28,947 bases of DNA. It comes from Oligoflexia bacterium (GTDB lineage: Bacteria > Bdellovibrionota > UBA1018). A program made the translations under genes and the position numbers. The DNA lies in the NCBI GenBank assembly GCA_903928955.1, contig CAIYTD010000139.1:1-28947 (forward strand). Direction: 5' to 3'. The notes beneath the pieces were generated by a model, which ran no database searches, was not told the origin of the DNA, and was given only the letters and a program-made list of their open reading frames with translations. Every line of letters starts with the position of its first letter. The stretch's first letter is position 1. Positions 25,768 through 28,947 of this stretch are shown piece after piece.

Positions 25768-25796
25768 CTTCTACCATGAGTCCCCACTAGAGACAA
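25768..25796 (-). promoter_or_regulatory. Candidate sigma70 promoter for rpsF
   Basis: TTGTCT (25791-25796), 17 nt, TAGAAG (25768-25773), with a TG at the extended -10 position. Each hexamer matches consensus at only 4/6. The predicted +1 falls just 5' of the leader element. Confidence 0.35.
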
Positions 25797-25799
25797 GAC

Positions 25800-26591
25800 T
25801 TATGGTTTAGAACGGCCTTCTAGAGGATGCGAACTTTTCTCTGTAGATTCGTGTTTGAGCCTTTTAGAAGCAATGAAATGCACTACCCATAGCGCTGCCT
25901 CATAAAGCAAAACAAGGGGTACTCCTAAAATCAGCATCGAAATCGCATCCGGAGGTGCAAAAAGAGCAGCTAAAAGGGTAATCGCAAGAATAGCTGTACG
26001 TCTATGCCGCCGCAAAAAAGGAGCATCTACAACTCCTAAAAATCCTAAAAAACAAATCAGAACAGGCAATTCAAAAGCGAGGCCAAAAAGCAAAAGGAGC
26101 TTCAAACAGGTTCCATAATAAGAATCAATAGTCAAAAGAGGTACATCTGACGGGCCTCCATAAGTGACAAAATATTTAAAACCCACGGGGAATAGTACAA
26201 AATAAGCAAAACAGCCGCCCCCTACAAAAAACGCTACTGTAGATAAAACAAAGGGTAATGCAAATTTTCGTTCTCTCGGATAAAGACCAGGAACAATAAA
26301 TTTCCAAACTTCGTAAAAATAATAGGGAGAAAATAAAAAAATAGAAGCATATCCAGCTATTTTTAGATGAACCATAAAATTTTCAAAAAGATTTGTAAAA
26401 TATAGCTTTCTCTGATCAAGGGGCATCACATCAAATAGTGGTTTTCTCAATACTCCTAAAATCGGGTCTGCTATAAAATAGCAGGCAATAAACCCAAGAA
26501 CGAAAACAAGAAGGCATCTCATCAAACGAGCCCTCAGTTCGTCGAAATGTTCATAGAAGCTCATATTGCGTGTTGAATTTTGTTGTGACAT
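25800..26591 (-). CDS. tatC: Twin-arginine translocase subunit TatC
   Basis: Motifs MSFYEHFDELRARL, YEVWKFIVPGLYPRERK, FAYFVLFP, FGLAFELPV and PPDAISM; about 6 TM segments. Confidence 0.96.
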   Translation of the reverse strand: MSQQNSTRNMSFYEHFDELRARLMRCLLVFVLGFIACYFIADPILGVLRKPLFDVMPLDQRKLYFTNLFENFMVHLKIAGYASIFLFSPYYFYEVWKFIVPGLYPRERKFALPFVLSTVAFFVGGGCFAYFVLFPVGFKYFVTYGGPSDVPLLTIDSYYGTCLKLLLLFGLAFELPVLICFLGFLGVVDAPFLRRHRRTAILAITLLAALFAPPDAISMLILGVPLVLLYEAALWVVHFIASKRLKHESTEKSSHPLEGRSKP

Positions 26592-26637
26592 GGTTCGTAG
26601 AGGGTAATATTTGCTGAGTCGAAGGAGATGTCAACTT

Positions 26638-27312
26638 ATGCGTGCATGGCTTCTCGTATTGTTTGGAATCATCATATCGGGCTTGATCGTATCGGGCGTT
26701 ATTTATACTCAGTCTAGCGAAAAAACTCCCTTTCCCCCCTCTATTTCAACTTTTCGATCATCTGAGACTCATTCTCTGTCGGAAAACCAAAATGCTTTAC
26801 TTCATTCTTCTCCCAGTCCAGTAAGCATATCAACTACGCCAATTTTGAATCCAAGCCCAGACCTCACTGCAGACATCAATGGCTTATCTAAAGCCACGGC
26901 GATTATGACAACAAAAGAAGGGGTGATTAAATTCAAGTTTTATTCCAATGACGCTCCTAAAACAGTAAAAAGAATCCTAGAACTCATTCACAAAGGATTT
27001 TATTCTGGTCTTACTTTTCACCGAGTCATTCCAGGCTTTATTATTCAAGGAGGCGATCCCCTTGGAAATGGGACTGGTGGAAGCGGCCAAAAACTAGATG
27101 CAGAGTTCAATGGTCACAAACATATCGAAGGAGCTGTTGCAATGGCTCGAGCAGCCGACCCGAATTCAGCAGATTCACAGTTTTATATTTCACTCGGCAC
27201 CCATCCTCATTTAGACCGAAACTATACAGTATTTGGACAAGTGATTGAAGGCTTTGATGTTGCGAAAAAAATAAAGATAGGTGACAAAATATCGAGTATT
27301 ATAGTTCAGTAA
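26638..27312 (+). CDS. Cyclophilin-type peptidyl-prolyl isomerase with an N-terminal TM/signal and S/P/T linker
   Basis: Motifs FYSGLTFHRVIPGFIIQGGDP, GAVAMAR, DSQFYI and YTVFGQVIEG. AAGGAG at 26622-26627 supports ATG 26638. Confidence 0.93.
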   Translation: MRAWLLVLFGIIISGLIVSGVIYTQSSEKTPFPPSISTFRSSETHSLSENQNALLHSSPSPVSISTTPILNPSPDLTADINGLSKATAIMTTKEGVIKFKFYSNDAPKTVKRILELIHKGFYSGLTFHRVIPGFIIQGGDPLGNGTGGSGQKLDAEFNGHKHIEGAVAMARAADPNSADSQFYISLGTHPHLDRNYTVFGQVIEGFDVAKKIKIGDKISSIIVQ

Positions 27313-27316
27313 TCCA

Positions 27317-27928
27317 TTACTGCCAATCCTTCTTAAGTGTTTCGTTAGGTAAAATGCCAGCCTCTTGAAGCGCTTTAGCTGCTCGCTCACTTCTAGTCCT
27401 CATCCAAAGTTCATACATGCGAAGAATATCTTTTTCTGTACGAGGAGCAGTCTTATCGCTGACTTGAGCCAGAACTTCAACCAGATCTCCAAACTTTTGA
27501 GCGAGCTCAAGATACAAAGATCGTAAGATTTCTTCTTCTGCTCGAGATGCTACTTGCTGATAAGCAGTCCCTCCCATGTCTATGTAATATTCTATATCTA
27601 CTAATTTACGATTCAAACTATCCTGAAAAAAACCAGCAACATACAATGATACATCTCCAATATGACGGAATAAAATACTTTGAGCTTTCGGCTGAGGTTG
27701 CTCCAGAGCTTCTTTGAGCAACACAGCTAGGGGCTCATCGCGAACTTCTCCTTCGGGTCCCCTAGAATAAAGACGATCGGTTGTCATAAATTGATTTAAT
27801 AAATTAACTAAATAAAATTCTGTTTCAGGTTTTGTTGAAACCTTTTGCTTTCCCAAAGCTTCTATGACCAATTCTCGGAAATAATCTTGTGGCTGAGACA
27901 CTAATGTTAATGGTGGTTTACCCCTCAT
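27317..27928 (-). CDS. Conserved hypothetical cytoplasmic protein
   Basis: 203 aa containing FRHIGDVSLYVAGFFQDSLNRKLVDIEYYIDMGGTAY and LRMYELW, which I recall from a widespread uncharacterised proteobacterial family. I cannot name the family. Confidence 0.8.
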   Translation of the reverse strand: MRGKPPLTLVSQPQDYFRELVIEALGKQKVSTKPETEFYLVNLLNQFMTTDRLYSRGPEGEVRDEPLAVLLKEALEQPQPKAQSILFRHIGDVSLYVAGFFQDSLNRKLVDIEYYIDMGGTAYQQVASRAEEEILRSLYLELAQKFGDLVEVLAQVSDKTAPRTEKDILRMYELWMRTRSERAAKALQEAGILPNETLKKDWQ

Positions 27929-28067
27929 ATTAATTCCTACTTCCTACAATCCATGGATTCAAAAAATTTGACTCACTTAACCAGAGCATTTTACACAGGT
28001 AATACATTTCACTCCCCTCTCATTCTATGTTAGTCTCATCTTTTGTACTGTCAAATCAGCAGATGTC

Positions 28068-28757
28068 ATGGACGACTCAGTAGAATCCACGTACACTCAA
28101 ACTGCTGATAAAGTGGAGGATTCACAAATAGCCATGTACCGTATATTTTTTACTTTCATCACACTTTTTACCTGTTTGAATACGGCCTGGCCTAAAACTA
28201 CGCCTCAAACAGAAATTCATGTCATCCTTTTAGGACAACCCTGTCTTCTTTTGGGGCCCTATGATGAACCCACCCTAAAAGCCATTCATGGGATTGGTCC
28301 TGCACAGATTTATCCCAATCTTTCCGTTTCGAATTTCACAGTATCTACCGAGCAAGCCCAAAAAACTTTAGATAAAATTCGAGGAATGAATAGCCTTCCC
28401 TCTAGCTTGGATAGATATAGAGAAAAACTAGGAAAGAGACTCACAGGTCAAATCGCTTTCTTAAGTACGATAGAAACTACTCAAAAAGCCCACAACAGTT
28501 CAAACCTGTCTCAAGTAGCTAAAAAATTCCTAAAAAATCAGGACTTGATCGCTTTTGAAAAATTATTAAAAAAAATTAATTTACCTCAGAAAAATACTTC
28601 TTCATTTATGGAATCGATGGACCAGATTTTTGATTTCTATAACGATAGAATTGAACCCGATCCAGAAGAAGAATTTCACCGAGCTATCAAAAGAATGAAT
28701 GTCCAGTATACATGCTCTTTTGAAGAGACCGAAGAAAGCACAGGAAATTCAGAGTGA
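28068..28757 (+). CDS. Hypothetical exported protein
   Basis: 229-codon open frame. An alternative start at ATG 28134 gives a signal-like MYRIFFTFITLFTCLNTAWP. Acidic C-terminal tail. Confidence 0.7.
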   Translation: MDDSVESTYTQTADKVEDSQIAMYRIFFTFITLFTCLNTAWPKTTPQTEIHVILLGQPCLLLGPYDEPTLKAIHGIGPAQIYPNLSVSNFTVSTEQAQKTLDKIRGMNSLPSSLDRYREKLGKRLTGQIAFLSTIETTQKAHNSSNLSQVAKKFLKNQDLIAFEKLLKKINLPQKNTSSFMESMDQIFDFYNDRIEPDPEEEFHRAIKRMNVQYTCSFEETEESTGNSE

Positions 28758-28788
28758 CTCGCTTTTGAGCTTCTGTTAAAGAGGGCTC

Positions 28789-28947
28789 ATGAATTTCATT
28801 TTCTTAATACTGTCTCTTTCTTTCTTCCACTCAGGATGCGGGGCAAAAACCCCTGAAGTCATGCCTCCTGCACCAAAAAACGAAATCACTGGAAAATGGA
28901 AAGTAGACGTAATCCAAGCGGGATCTAATCAGCGCTTCCTCTTTCTC
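28789..28947 (+). CDS. Predicted lipoprotein, 3'-truncated (absent from the ORF track)
   Basis: AAGAGGG RBS at 28779-28785. The frame from ATG 28789 is open to the window end: MNFIFLILSLSFFHSG|CGAKTPEVMPPAPKNEITGKWKVDVIQAGSNQRFLFL. Confidence 0.65.
   Translation, partial: MNFIFLILSLSFFHSGCGAKTPEVMPPAPKNEITGKWKVDVIQAGSNQRFLFL

Noticed and set aside
27948-27959. 12-bp palindrome AATCCATGGATT in a divergent intergenic region
   Set aside because: It is within chance expectation, shares no motif with other sites, and does not extend.

Overview
A gene-dense, AT-rich (roughly 40% GC by eye) chromosomal window of mostly core genes. The gene set and order suggest a Bdellovibrionota/Oligoflexia-like or deltaproteobacterial-lineage bacterium (inference). 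From left to right: the 3' part of a type IVa pilin on +, abutting tail-to-tail a minus-strand run of CxxCxxCC protein-ribF-pilB-pilT-pilC; a divergent orphan ParA/Soj ATPase with an overlapping 58-aa partner ORF; a type III glutamine synthetase; a complete MoxR-DUF58-Bat (batA, fused batB/C, batD) cluster headed by a ~1500-aa predicted lipoprotein; a hidden, interrupted plus-strand coiled-coil ORF; dnaB-rplI-DUF2232-rpsR-rpsF-tatC; a membrane-anchored cyclophilin; a conserved hypothetical gene; and two predicted exported proteins, the last truncated by the window edge. I found no rRNA, tRNA, CRISPR array, transposase or prophage gene. The best novelty candidates are (i) the ParA plus 'LGR'-peptide mini-partner beside the pilus motor genes, (ii) the giant lipoprotein with a repeated Cys motif coupled to the MoxR/Bat machine, and (iii) an unannotated phasin-like ORF broken at an A10 run. 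All family calls come from motif recognition by eye; no database search was run.
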